Shown one piece after another: positions 38,786 to 48,857 of a DNA stretch of 64,000 nt. Origin of the DNA: a bacterium (GTDB taxonomy: Bacteria; SZUA-182; DTGQ01; JAFGSM01); the NCBI GenBank assembly GCA_049472335.1, contig JBLIRO010000003.1, positions 64,001 through 128,000 of the forward strand, in the 5' to 3' direction. Both the position numbers and the translations under genes were made by a program. How positions within the stretch are numbered: the stretch's first letter is position 1; every line of letters begins with the position of its first letter. The notes under the pieces were generated by a model. That model had not been told where the DNA came from and did not search any database. It saw only the letters and a program-made list of their open reading frames with translations.

Positions 38786-39767
38786 CTTCTCTTCTCTCTC
38801 CGGCTGTTTTCTTGATATCAGGTTTTTGATAAAAATATGCCCCTCTAAGCTCCAATGTTTCGAAACTATGTTTATATATTCGGAGAAACTCAGTGTCTCC
38901 TGTAAAAAGATAACCGCCTGGCTTAATACAGGCGTAAAGATTGTCAACAAGTTTCTGCTGTGCCAGAAAATCAAAATAGATCATGACGTTCCTGCAGAAG
39001 ATTATGTCAAAATATTCAAAAATATCGCGCCCCTCTTGATTATAATTTAATTTTATAAATATATTTTTATTACTTTTTATCGGGTTAAGATTTGACAGAT
39101 TGAAGATTCGAAAGGATATTCTCTCAGAAAGTTCATTAAGAATTATAGCTCCATTGCTGACCATTCTCATATATTTTTTCTGATAAGAAACCGGGATATT
39201 TTTTAAGATACGTTTTTCGTAAAAGCCTTCACTGGCACTGTCTATTGCATCTTTACTGATATCTGTGGCCAGCAATTCAATTTCCCAGGCCCTTGGATAT
39301 TTCAGAGTATCCATAAGTATCATTGCAATCGAATAGGGCTCTTCTCCGGTTGAACAACCTGCGCTCCAGATTCGAAAAGGCAATTTATAATTCCCTGACC
39401 AGCCTTCTTCCATTATTAATTTTTGAGTCTCTTTTGAAAGCCTATCCTCGATCCGTGGAATTACATACTCCGCTAATGCCTTAAATTGATTAGGAAGACG
39501 AAAAAAATGCGTTTCTTTAGTAGTAATATTTCCTATTAGTGCGTCAAGCTCACCAAAATCCCTTTGCAACAACAGGATATATTCTTCACAGGAACTTAAG
39601 GCCCTGGATTTAATCCTTTTCAGAATTTGCCCCTCAAGGCTTTTCAGACGGGACAGCGGTAACCGAAGTGAAGACTTTCTATATATCAAGTCCTGGAAAT
39701 TATTAAGCATTTGCGAACTAACGTGCATTACCGGCTGTCTCCTGCTTATGGGATTTTTCAAAATCAT
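38778..39767 (-). CDS. cheR: Chemotaxis methyltransferase, second copy
   Basis: ETHFFR, IWSAGCSTGEEPYS, IFCRNVMIYF. Start uncertain. Confidence 0.93.
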   Translation of the reverse strand: MILKNPISRRQPVMHVSSQMLNNFQDLIYRKSSLRLPLSRLKSLEGQILKRIKSRALSSCEEYILLLQRDFGELDALIGNITTKETHFFRLPNQFKALAEYVIPRIEDRLSKETQKLIMEEGWSGNYKLPFRIWSAGCSTGEEPYSIAMILMDTLKYPRAWEIELLATDISKDAIDSASEGFYEKRILKNIPVSYQKKYMRMVSNGAIILNELSERISFRIFNLSNLNPIKSNKNIFIKLNYNQEGRDIFEYFDIIFCRNVMIYFDFLAQQKLVDNLYACIKPGGYLFTGDTEFLRIYKHSFETLELRGAYFYQKPDIKKTAGERREDE

Positions 39768-40224
39768 TGAGGGCCCTTCTTTCCCTATGGCTCAGTATTC
39801 GCTCCGGTGAAATAATAATTATCAATCCTTCTTCGGTCTTTGCAATGCGTTCGATACATGATCTTTCCACGTCTACCGCCACCGTCGAAGGAAGGGCCTC
39901 ATAATCTTTGGCTTCCAGTTTAAGGACCCTGGAAATATCATCCACAACAACACCCAATAATCGGCAATCAAGATCCAAAATAACGATCCTTTGACTATAT
40001 CCTCCGTTTTCCTTTATCCCTAAACGCTTTTTAAGGTTTATCACCGGAATTATCTGATCTCGAACATCTATAACTCCTTCAACAAACCTCGGGGCTTTGG
40101 GAATCGAGCTGATCTTTTGTGAATGAATCACCTCCCGTATCTTGAATATATCTATCCCAAAGGTTTCCTTGTCTAGCCGGAAAGTGACCAATTGGGTCAT
40201 GTCATCCGATTTCCTGTTTTCCAT
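39718..40224 (-). CDS. cheW: Chemotaxis coupling protein
   Basis: QLVTFRL..FGIDIFKIREV..IPKAPRFVEGVIDVR. Confidence 0.93.
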   Translation of the reverse strand: MENRKSDDMTQLVTFRLDKETFGIDIFKIREVIHSQKISSIPKAPRFVEGVIDVRDQIIPVINLKKRLGIKENGGYSQRIVILDLDCRLLGVVVDDISRVLKLEAKDYEALPSTVAVDVERSCIERIAKTEEGLIIIISPERILSHRERRALNDFEKSHKQETAGNAR

Positions 40225-40294
40225 TCTTATTTTTCGTCTATAATCGTAAAGTCATACTGGTTTCAGATGGATTATAAAACGGTCCCATGTAATC

Positions 40295-43093
40295 TTAATT
40301 AGTTTTGAATGCCTGAACCATTTCCTGCAATCCCTCCGATTGTTGCGCCATATTCTTTGCAGACCTTGAAAGCTGTTCCACTGCCGAAAGATTTCCTTTG
40401 GCGATATCACTTATATTTTCAACTGCCTTGACTACATTCTCTCCGCCTTTCTTCTGCTCCATGGTGGCGTTCTTTACCTGTTCGGTCAATTGGCTCATGG
40501 CCTCCGAGGCTTTTACTACCTGCTTGATTCCCGCTGCCTGTTCATTTGTGGATTGTGTAACGGACTGGGTGAGCTTGTTCATTTCCTCTATGGCTCCAAT
40601 AACACTTTTGGCGGCAGTGGATTGCTCAGAAGTCGCCGCTGAAATCTCCTGCATTATATTCGATGTCGCCTTTACTGCCTCAGTGATTTTGGAGATGGCT
40701 GATCCGGCCTGATCTGCCATAACGATTCCCTCTTTAGAGCTATTAGCTCCATCATCGGTTGCCTTAACCGCTGAAGATGTCTCCGACTGCACCTCTTTTA
40801 TCACATCGCCTATTTCCTTGGTAGCTTTAACTGACCGTTCTGCAAGCTTTCTAACCTCATCTGCCACTACGGCAAAGCCCTGACCCGCTTCACCGGCACG
40901 AGCAGCCTCAATGGCCGCATTTAATGCAAGAAGATTCGTTTGATCGGCAATCTCTTCGATAACCTTAACAATAGAGCCTATGGCTTCCGATCGTTTGCCC
41001 AGATTCTGAATAACGCCGGAGATGTTCTCCATCATATCACCGATAATCTTCATGCCTTCCACCATCTTCAAGACAGCTTCAGCGCCATTGGTGGCCTCAT
41101 TGCTGGCCAGGGTGGAAAGTTTATCGGCTTCATTGACATTAGTGGCTGTTTTTTCAAGCATTACAATCATCTGCTCAATGCTTGAGCTTGTTTCCGATAC
41201 ATTGCCGGCCATGGTTTCAGCCATCTTGGCAACCGCCTCTGAAGTGGTTCCCATCTGTTGAATGGAGCTTGTTGTTTCATCCACATTGCTGGCCAATCCT
41301 TCAGCATTCCTGGCCACATTCATAATCTGTACTGACATCTCCTCCATTGTGGAACCCGTTTCATCAGCAGCACTTGCCTGATTCTGTGCCCCCTTCGTTA
41401 TCTGATCGGTAGCTGCGCTTATCTGCTCTCCCGTTACCGCCACATTACTTGCGGCATCACGAATACGTACTACCATTTCCCTGATCTTGGTCACTGCGAG
41501 ATTGATGTTGTCAATTATCAATCCAATCTCATCTTCCTGATTTTTATCAAGCCTGATCGTAAGATCGCCGTTTGCAAATTTTGCCATTACATCACTGATC
41601 TCCCTGGCACTTTTCTCCAGGTAGTTCTGTTGTTCTTTTATAGCTGAAATATTAGTAACATATTCGAGAGCGCCAATGATATTTCCATCTTTATCCTTCA
41701 TGGACGCAGCAGTATACTGGATAAAAATATCACCTGCGCCCCGGGAAATGGTTTCACCCATGAATAACCCGTCTTTTTCCATTGCCTGACGACATCTGCA
41801 TTCATTGCTATTACAATGATCAGTGTCGAAAAGGTTATAGCATTTCTGGCCCACGCAGGCGTCAACGGTCTTGCCTATTGCCTTGGCACCGGCTTCATTC
41901 ATAAAAGTAACTTCATAGTTTTTATCTATCACCAATACCGGTGTAGGCACTTTATTCAGATAATCCACCTTTTGATTGATATCATCTATCGCATTGCGTA
42001 AGGATACCAACATACCGTTTAGGGCATCTCCAAGGTCGCGTGTCTCGTCCTTTGTATCTATCTCAACCTTTTTGGACAAATCGCCATTCGCAATCCTTTG
42101 CGCGAATTCAACACACAGGGCTATAGGCTTGGTAATCCCTTTAGTCAGAAAAAGACCGATCCCGATCGCTGCTATAAAAGCGATTGTGGTGATCACTATA
42201 AGCAGATTTTGTGAGGCCTTTTTCACCCTCTGGGCGGAGACAATGGATTGATTCATGCCTTTTATTGCCTCATGCGAAATTTTATCGGCCAAGCCCATAA
42301 GTCCTTCGCTTACTTCATCAACATCATGCATGAGGGAATTGGTAGTTTCTGCTTTTTCATGGTATTTTTTGTAAAGCTCTATGGTTTCTTTACCTAGCTG
42401 GGTGACCTTGGTATGTAATGTCTTAACGGTTTGGTATTTAGGATCAGAACAAACTATATTATATGCTTCTTCAAAGGCTTCTATTTCTTCATTTTCTCCG
42501 GTTATTAAGTAGTCATTTACAGCCATTACCTGAGCCCAGAGAGAGGTTATAGTATCAACTGAAAGGTTCTGTGTTCTTGCGTTTTGAATAAGCTCATCAG
42601 CCAGTGAATCCATTTCCTCCATCTTCGCTCCGGATTGGGGCTTCAATTCCAGGGACTCCCTGTGGGTTTTCATGAGCTTATCAGCATTATCATTTAATTT
42701 TCCAACAATAGTCAGGATTTCTTTTGAAACCGATGCTATCTGAGACTCCGAAGCCAATGCATGAATATTTAAATCTTCATTACCCGAAATCAATGCCTGA
42801 GTCCGGGTCTCTATCGCCTTGATTGTATTACCAAACTCATTATTAATCTTATCCAGTTCCTCAAGCTCATTTGTACCCTTAAGGAGGTATTCTGCCATGG
42901 CATCTCTGGCAACGACCGAATACGCTTTCAAATTGAGTGTTTCCCTTACTATTGGAACCTCTTCATTTATTACTTTGTCCGCAGCCTTGCTGATTCGTTT
43001 CATTGCCGATATACCCAGACCTCCCGCGATTGCCACTAAAAGAGAAACAATAAAAAATCCTCCAATAAGCTTCGTTCCTATTTTAAGCTTCAT
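40295..43093 (-). CDS. Methyl-accepting chemotaxis protein (2 TM, HAMP, PAS, HAMP, signalling domain)
   Basis: [40 protein letters not shown] and a Cys-containing PAS segment. Confidence 0.96.
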   Translation of the reverse strand: MKLKIGTKLIGGFFIVSLLVAIAGGLGISAMKRISKAADKVINEEVPIVRETLNLKAYSVVARDAMAEYLLKGTNELEELDKINNEFGNTIKAIETRTQALISGNEDLNIHALASESQIASVSKEILTIVGKLNDNADKLMKTHRESLELKPQSGAKMEEMDSLADELIQNARTQNLSVDTITSLWAQVMAVNDYLITGENEEIEAFEEAYNIVCSDPKYQTVKTLHTKVTQLGKETIELYKKYHEKAETTNSLMHDVDEVSEGLMGLADKISHEAIKGMNQSIVSAQRVKKASQNLLIVITTIAFIAAIGIGLFLTKGITKPIALCVEFAQRIANGDLSKKVEIDTKDETRDLGDALNGMLVSLRNAIDDINQKVDYLNKVPTPVLVIDKNYEVTFMNEAGAKAIGKTVDACVGQKCYNLFDTDHCNSNECRCRQAMEKDGLFMGETISRGAGDIFIQYTAASMKDKDGNIIGALEYVTNISAIKEQQNYLEKSAREISDVMAKFANGDLTIRLDKNQEDEIGLIIDNINLAVTKIREMVVRIRDAASNVAVTGEQISAATDQITKGAQNQASAADETGSTMEEMSVQIMNVARNAEGLASNVDETTSSIQQMGTTSEAVAKMAETMAGNVSETSSSIEQMIVMLEKTATNVNEADKLSTLASNEATNGAEAVLKMVEGMKIIGDMMENISGVIQNLGKRSEAIGSIVKVIEEIADQTNLLALNAAIEAARAGEAGQGFAVVADEVRKLAERSVKATKEIGDVIKEVQSETSSAVKATDDGANSSKEGIVMADQAGSAISKITEAVKATSNIMQEISAATSEQSTAAKSVIGAIEEMNKLTQSVTQSTNEQAAGIKQVVKASEAMSQLTEQVKNATMEQKKGGENVVKAVENISDIAKGNLSAVEQLSRSAKNMAQQSEGLQEMVQAFKTN

Positions 43094-43114
43094 CTTTTCT
43101 GTCTCCTCTTTTTC

Positions 43115-43702
43115 TTAATTACATTCCTTAACGATGATCTTTTCCAGATCGAGCATGATGATCATTCTCTCATCTATCTTGCCTACACCCTTGATATAGC
43201 TTTCCTGCACCTGAACCACTTCATCCGGGGCATTGTCTATCTGTTCGGTCGTGATATTAAGAACCTGAGCCACCCTGTCAACCATCAATCCCATTACCTT
43301 TGGTCCATTTTCAACCACCACTATCCTGCTGTTTCCGTCTACCACGGCTTCACCCAGGCTGAGCCTTTTCTTAAGCTCTATCACAGGTATGATCTTCCCC
43401 CGCAGATTCATTACCCCTTTAACGTGTTCCGGAGAGTTAGGCACCCGGGTTATTTCTCCTATGCGCATTATTTCCTGGACTTGGGATATTGGAAGGGCAT
43501 ATTCTTCACCCTCGAGGAAAAAAGTGACATATTTCATCATTCCATCATTATGAAATAACGTCTTTTCACTCTCGCTTGATTTTTCCCGAGCCCCGGAGAT
43601 CCTTTCCTGATTAAAAAAATCAGGCCCCAACACATCTTCGGCTAATCCAGATGATGGCAAGGATTTTGAAAGTCCTGTACTTTTTCTCTCATTTTTTCCC
43701 AT
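43115..43702 (-). CDS. cheW: Chemotaxis coupling protein
   Basis: YVTFFLEGEEYALPI..VPNSPEHVKGVMNLRG. Confidence 0.95.
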   Translation of the reverse strand: MGKNERKSTGLSKSLPSSGLAEDVLGPDFFNQERISGAREKSSESEKTLFHNDGMMKYVTFFLEGEEYALPISQVQEIMRIGEITRVPNSPEHVKGVMNLRGKIIPVIELKKRLSLGEAVVDGNSRIVVVENGPKVMGLMVDRVAQVLNITTEQIDNAPDEVVQVQESYIKGVGKIDERMIIMLDLEKIIVKECN

Positions 43703-43790
43703 AAATTTCTCCTCTAATGTATATTTTCATTTTGCACCAATGCAATCAATAAAACTTGTCTTGTTTTTTTAGTTTTCGTCAACAAAACAG

Positions 43791-44159
43791 CTAGTTTTTT
43801 ATTTTATCAATAAGATTTCTGACCTCATCCTGCTTCCATGGCTTCTTTATATAGCCCTTTGCCCCCAATTCCAGTGCCTTTCTTATATCCTCATCCTTAT
43901 CCTCTGTGCTTATTACTATTACAGGAATGTGATTGTATCCTTCACGTCTCATTGACATTAAAAATGAAATACCGTCCATTTTGGGCATGTTTATATCAGA
44001 GATTACCAGATCGATATCCCCCTCAATTGCAAGCTTATTCATAGCTTCAAGGCCATTTGACGCATAAATCAATTCACAATCCGGATATGAACCGAAAACC
44101 ATCCTGTACATCTTAGCCTGAAGAGCGGAATCCTCAACTATTAGAACTTTTTTAAGCAT
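43791..44159 (-). CDS. cheY: Single-domain response regulator (CheY-like)
   Basis: VEDS, SDINMPKMDG, ST, KP. Start reassigned to ATG 44159, which overlaps the cheA end. Confidence 0.88.
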   Translation of the reverse strand: MLKKVLIVEDSALQAKMYRMVFGSYPDCELIYASNGLEAMNKLAIEGDIDLVISDINMPKMDGISFLMSMRREGYNHIPVIVISTEDKDEDIRKALELGAKGYIKKPWKQDEVRNLIDKIKN

Positions 44160-45846
44160 GCTCAACCTCCGGTTTTTTGTCATACCACCCTTGTTGGCTG
44201 ACCTTTTCCATAAGATCAGGAATATCCACAATCAAAACAACCCTTCCGTCACCCAATATGGTGGCGCCGGCAATCCCTGATGAATTGCCGATATAATCAT
44301 CCAAAGCCTTGATTACAACCTCTTGCTGACCAATAAGCGAATCCGCCACAATTCCCATCTCTTTATTTCCGCTTTGGACAACAACCACATATTGACCACT
44401 ACTGTCTTTATTTTGAGAAATCCCAAACAGATTTGAAAGTCTCCCCACAGGAAGTATTCTACCCCTTATGTTTGTGATTTCCCGGTTGTTAACAAGATGG
44501 AAGTCCTCATCCCTGACCCTAATGCTCTCGAGTACCGAAGTGAGCGGAATGGCGTATTGTTCCCCTGAAATTCCAACCATAAGCACAGTAATTATCGCCA
44601 GGGTTAACGGAAGTTTTATGGTAAAAAGGGTCCCAGCATTTATTTTACTATCAACATCAATACTGCCATTGATTCTTGCCAGGCTTTTTTTAATAACATC
44701 CATGCCCACTCCGCGTCCCGAGACCTCTGTAACATGTTCAGCGGTTGAGAAACCGGAGACAAAAATCAGATTTATAAGATCCTGATTCTCAGTGTCATTG
44801 TTTTTGAGTAAACCTTCCTCACTGGCCTTTTTTCTTAAAATTTCTTCATCAATACCGCGCCCATCATCCTCCACGCTAATAGTGATATGATTGGACTCCT
44901 GGTATGCCCTGATCTTTATTGTTCCATGTTGGGATTTTCCTAAAGCTTGTCGCTCTTGAGGATTTTCAATCCCATGATCAATGGCGTTACGTATCAAATG
45001 TATAAGGGGTTCACCTATCTCGTCGATGATTGTTTTATCCAGCTCGGTTTCCTCTCCTTCAAAAAAAAGGCTTATCTCCTTTCCTCTCTCCTTGGCTAAA
45101 TCCCTTACATAACGTGGAAAACGCATAAATACCTGTTTGATCGGAATCATTCTGACCTTCATGATGGCTTCGTGAAGCTCGGTAGCGATCTTACCGATCT
45201 GCTCAGAAGCGTTGGAGAGATCCGCCGCGACCCCTTTTTCTCCCAATTCCTCTCTGAAATGAGCATCGATCTGCCCCAACCGGGTCCTCTGGATAATAAG
45301 CTCTCCCATAAGGTTCAAAAGATGATCCATCCTCTCAAAGTCCACCTTGAGCAGATTTGTTTTTTTTGCGAATGGATTAAATAATTCAATGTTTGAGGAC
45401 ACATTAATGGTCCTAGTCCCGGACATCTGTGGATTTTTTTGATTAAGAAATCTTTCAAGACATTTAAGTTCTTCTTCCAAAAAAGGATCGAGGGTATTAT
45501 CATCGGAAATCCCTGAAATTGCTCTTCTTATGGTGCTTACGCACCGCATTGAAAAGTCTATTAGCTCAGCATTAAGTTCAAAATCTCCTGATTGGACCGC
45601 CTTGAATAAATCCTCCATCCTGTGGGAATACTTCTGAAGGCCGGAATAGCCCATCATTCCGGAGTTGCCTTTAAATGTATGAATACGACCAAGAATATCC
45701 TTTAAAAGATCCGGATCAGGAAAGTCACCTACACCCTGTTCAAGCTGCAAGAGAAGACCTTCAAATTCATCCAGGAATTCCTGCGCCTCTTCTATGAAAT
45801 CCTTGATTAAATCTTTTCTTTCGTCCAATTTCACTTTTTCAACCAT
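44152..45846 (-). CDS. cheA: Chemotaxis histidine kinase (no obvious P2 domain)
   Basis: HPt IHTFKG, HLIRNAIDHGIE, DDGRGI, SGRGVGMD, C-terminal CheW-like domain. Confidence 0.97.
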   Translation of the reverse strand: MVEKVKLDERKDLIKDFIEEAQEFLDEFEGLLLQLEQGVGDFPDPDLLKDILGRIHTFKGNSGMMGYSGLQKYSHRMEDLFKAVQSGDFELNAELIDFSMRCVSTIRRAISGISDDNTLDPFLEEELKCLERFLNQKNPQMSGTRTINVSSNIELFNPFAKKTNLLKVDFERMDHLLNLMGELIIQRTRLGQIDAHFREELGEKGVAADLSNASEQIGKIATELHEAIMKVRMIPIKQVFMRFPRYVRDLAKERGKEISLFFEGEETELDKTIIDEIGEPLIHLIRNAIDHGIENPQERQALGKSQHGTIKIRAYQESNHITISVEDDGRGIDEEILRKKASEEGLLKNNDTENQDLINLIFVSGFSTAEHVTEVSGRGVGMDVIKKSLARINGSIDVDSKINAGTLFTIKLPLTLAIITVLMVGISGEQYAIPLTSVLESIRVRDEDFHLVNNREITNIRGRILPVGRLSNLFGISQNKDSSGQYVVVVQSGNKEMGIVADSLIGQQEVVIKALDDYIGNSSGIAGATILGDGRVVLIVDIPDLMEKVSQQGWYDKKPEVEHA

Positions 45847-46087
45847 CCAATTTCAGTTCAGCACCCTCTCATCCCACATCAGTGATCCTGCTGGACGTTT
45901 TATTAAATACGTTATAAGTTGTCTTTATATTAATTTCTATTCGGAAATTATTTTATTTCACTTCCGAAAAATATGCTGTTTTTTTAGTGTAGAAATATAA
46001 AAGTCAATCGATGTTTTCCCGAAGATATATTATCTTATTTTTCAAGCAGTTATTATTAATCTAATCCTGTATGGCTACTTTTTCCAG

Positions 46088-46116
46088 TTGACGAAATCCC
46101 TTAATATTGATATTTT
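46088..46116 (+). promoter_or_regulatory. Candidate sigma70 promoter for gcvT-glyA
   Basis: TTGACG-N17-TATTTT with TG extension. Confidence 0.45.
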
Positions 46117-46198
46117 ATAACACCTATTGTTAAATGTTTATTTAATGTTTCGAATATAAAAAATACCTCGACAGGTGGAAGTAAAAAGGAGATTCTCC

Positions 46199-48850
46199 AT
46201 GAGTGAACTAAGAAGAACCGTTTTTTTTGAAAAGCATAAATCATTAGGCGCCAATATCGTTGACTTTAACGGCTGGGAGATGCCCATTTTTTATCCCTCC
46301 GGAATCGTGAAAGAGCATTTGGCTACCCGCAAAAGGTCGGGGCTATTTGACGTGTCCCATATGGGACGATTCATTATTAAAGGGAAAGATTCATTAAAAT
46401 ATCTCCAACATGTTCTGAGCAATAACGCAGAGGCCCTCGACATAAGAGAGACCGGCGCTCAATATACCTTTATTCCAAATGATACCGGCGGAGCCGTGGA
46501 TGATTCATATCTTTATCATTTCGTGGAGGATGAGTACCTGTTGGTTGTCAATGCCGCAAACCGGGAAAAAGACCTGAGACATTTGCGGAATTATTTAAAA
46601 GAATTTAATGATATAGAGCTTACGGACCATACTGATGATATTGCCATGCTTTCACTCCAGGGGCCTGAAACACGCGCCCTATTGGAAGGAATTATCCAGT
46701 CCGGACTTTTCCCTGAGCCCATGAGAAATGCCGTAAGCACAGTTATCATTTCAGGCTGTAAAGTGAAGATTGCGCGAACAGGATACACAGGCGAGCCCAT
46801 ATGCTTTGAGCTCTTTATCGATAGCAAAGATGGTCCTATGCTGTGGGATCTGATCATGTCAAAAGGGGCAACTCCTGTTGGCCTCGGCGCCCGTGACACA
46901 CTTCGGCTTGAAGCGGCCCTTCCTCTATATGGCCATGAACTGGGTGTAGATCCGGATGGAAAAGAAATCCCTATTATGGCTTGCCCTTTGGCCAGATTTG
47001 CGATCAGCTTGTCTCAGCTAAAAGGGGATTTTGTGGGCCGTGCCGCGCTGTCCAGGCAACACAAGGCCCTAGAAAAGATAATTTCGCGCGATTACTCCCT
47101 TGTCAGTGATCTGCCGAGAATGATTAAAAGTATCGCGGTCGCGGGAAGAGGAGTTGCCCGCGAAGGTGCAAAGGTTTACAAGGGAGAAAAACATATAGGC
47201 TATGTGACCAGCGGCACAATGGTCCCCATGTGGAGTGTGGAGGGTGAAGGCTTACAATCTACTCAGACCGACAGGCAGCAGCTCCGCTCCATCTGTCTGG
47301 GGTATCTGGACAGCGACATCCTGGAAGATGAGAATATTAAGGTCGAGATTAGAGGAAAGGCAGTCAATGCCCTGGTGGTTCCTTATCATATGCGAAGCGA
47401 AGCCCCTCCCTATTCCCGCCCTATTATTTACGATTTCAAGCTAAAAGAAAAAGATCTCCCTGCCGGAGATATATCCTCAAGAGCCCGAAGGCTATTGGAA
47501 AAGACCGTGGAAAACACAACCTGGCGCCAAAAGGAATGCGTAAACCTTATTCCTTCGGAAATGACATTATCTTCAATGGCACGTTTACTCTCCGTCATGG
47601 ACCCTGCTTTTCGTTATGCAGAGCACAAGGAATCCAAGGCATTCTATGATGCCGACATCTTCTACTATCAGGGAACAGGCTTTATAGGTGAAGTGGAGCG
47701 AATCCTGGCGGAAGAGATAAAAAAATTCATGGGATGCGCCGAGGTGGAATTGCGTCTAATAAGCGGACAGATGGCTAATACCGCGGTTTTCAGCGCAATG
47801 GTGGATTATATTAATCGTGCAGACCGAAAATCAGAACCCCGCAGGATACGTCAGGTCATGAATAATCATATAGGCAAGGGCGGCCATCTGAGCGCTCAGC
47901 CTATGGGTGCGCTTAAGGATTATGTTGCCAGAGACCCTCATACGGAACGGCCGGCTGTGGTAAATTTCCCAGTACTCCCTGACAATCCTTATAAAATAGA
48001 TGTTCCGGCCACTTTGAAACTGATCGATGAATACCGGCCTGAGCTTGTTATCTTTGGGAAAAGCATGGTCCTTCATAAGGAGCCTGTCACAGAGATCCGC
48101 AGATTTATAGATTCACACAATATCAATGCCGTTGTAATGTATGACATGGCTCACGTGCTTGGGCTCATTGGCCCTCATTTCCAGCGACCCTTTGCGGAAG
48201 GGGCCGATATAGTAACCGGATCGACTCATAAAACCTTTTTCGGCACCCAGCGCGGAGTCGTGGGAAGTAATTTTCAAGAGGAAGAAGAGCGGTATGATCT
48301 ATGGGAAGCGCTAACTCGAAGGGCATTTCCGGGATCCGTATCCAACCACCATTTAGGAACGCTACTGGGATTACTTATGGCAACATACGAAATGAATCAC
48401 TTCAAGGATGAATATCAGTCGAAGGTTATTGAAAACGCCAAGGCATTCGCCCTTGCACTTAAAGACTCCGGTCTTGATGTGGCAGGCGACCCAAATATCA
48501 GTTTTACGGAAACCCATCAGGTAGTGGTGGATGTGGGTTACAACCATGGACCTGAAATTGCCGACAGGCTCGAGGCCAACAATATTATCTGTAACTACCA
48601 GGCAGCCCCTGACGAAGAAAGCTTTACCGCTTCAGGAGCCTTGCGAATGGGAGTATCTGAGATGACAAGGTTCGGCATGGAAAAAGAGGATTTTCGGACA
48701 CTGGCCGATTTGATACACGATGTTATTGTCAATAATACAGATGTCACTGAAAAGGTCAAGGCGTTTAGAAAAAGATTCCTGGAACTCCGGTTCTGTTTCA
48801 AAACGGAAGAATATGAGGATCTTATCCAGAAACTGCATGGACTTATATAA
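46199..48850 (+). CDS. gcvT-glyA: Fused aminomethyltransferase-serine hydroxymethyltransferase (GcvT-GlyA)
   Basis: GcvT: GLFDVSHMG, RTGYTGE, GLGARDTLRLEA. SHMT: NLIPSE, GGHLS, DMAH, STHKTFFGTQRG. ATG 46199 follows AAGGAG. Confidence 0.95.
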   Translation: MSELRRTVFFEKHKSLGANIVDFNGWEMPIFYPSGIVKEHLATRKRSGLFDVSHMGRFIIKGKDSLKYLQHVLSNNAEALDIRETGAQYTFIPNDTGGAVDDSYLYHFVEDEYLLVVNAANREKDLRHLRNYLKEFNDIELTDHTDDIAMLSLQGPETRALLEGIIQSGLFPEPMRNAVSTVIISGCKVKIARTGYTGEPICFELFIDSKDGPMLWDLIMSKGATPVGLGARDTLRLEAALPLYGHELGVDPDGKEIPIMACPLARFAISLSQLKGDFVGRAALSRQHKALEKIISRDYSLVSDLPRMIKSIAVAGRGVAREGAKVYKGEKHIGYVTSGTMVPMWSVEGEGLQSTQTDRQQLRSICLGYLDSDILEDENIKVEIRGKAVNALVVPYHMRSEAPPYSRPIIYDFKLKEKDLPAGDISSRARRLLEKTVENTTWRQKECVNLIPSEMTLSSMARLLSVMDPAFRYAEHKESKAFYDADIFYYQGTGFIGEVERILAEEIKKFMGCAEVELRLISGQMANTAVFSAMVDYINRADRKSEPRRIRQVMNNHIGKGGHLSAQPMGALKDYVARDPHTERPAVVNFPVLPDNPYKIDVPATLKLIDEYRPELVIFGKSMVLHKEPVTEIRRFIDSHNINAVVMYDMAHVLGLIGPHFQRPFAEGADIVTGSTHKTFFGTQRGVVGSNFQEEEERYDLWEALTRRAFPGSVSNHHLGTLLGLLMATYEMNHFKDEYQSKVIENAKAFALALKDSGLDVAGDPNISFTETHQVVVDVGYNHGPEIADRLEANNIICNYQAAPDEESFTASGALRMGVSEMTRFGMEKEDFRTLADLIHDVIVNNTDVTEKVKAFRKRFLELRFCFKTEEYEDLIQKLHGLI

Positions 48851-48857
48851 GAAAATA

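Noticed and set aside
38786..38974. Long N-terminal extensions in the ORF track (HEAT protein; likewise gcvPB, the flavoprotein, cheY and gcvT)
   Set aside because: They overlap neighbouring genes or lack an RBS. Downstream ATGs with coupling or an RBS fit better.
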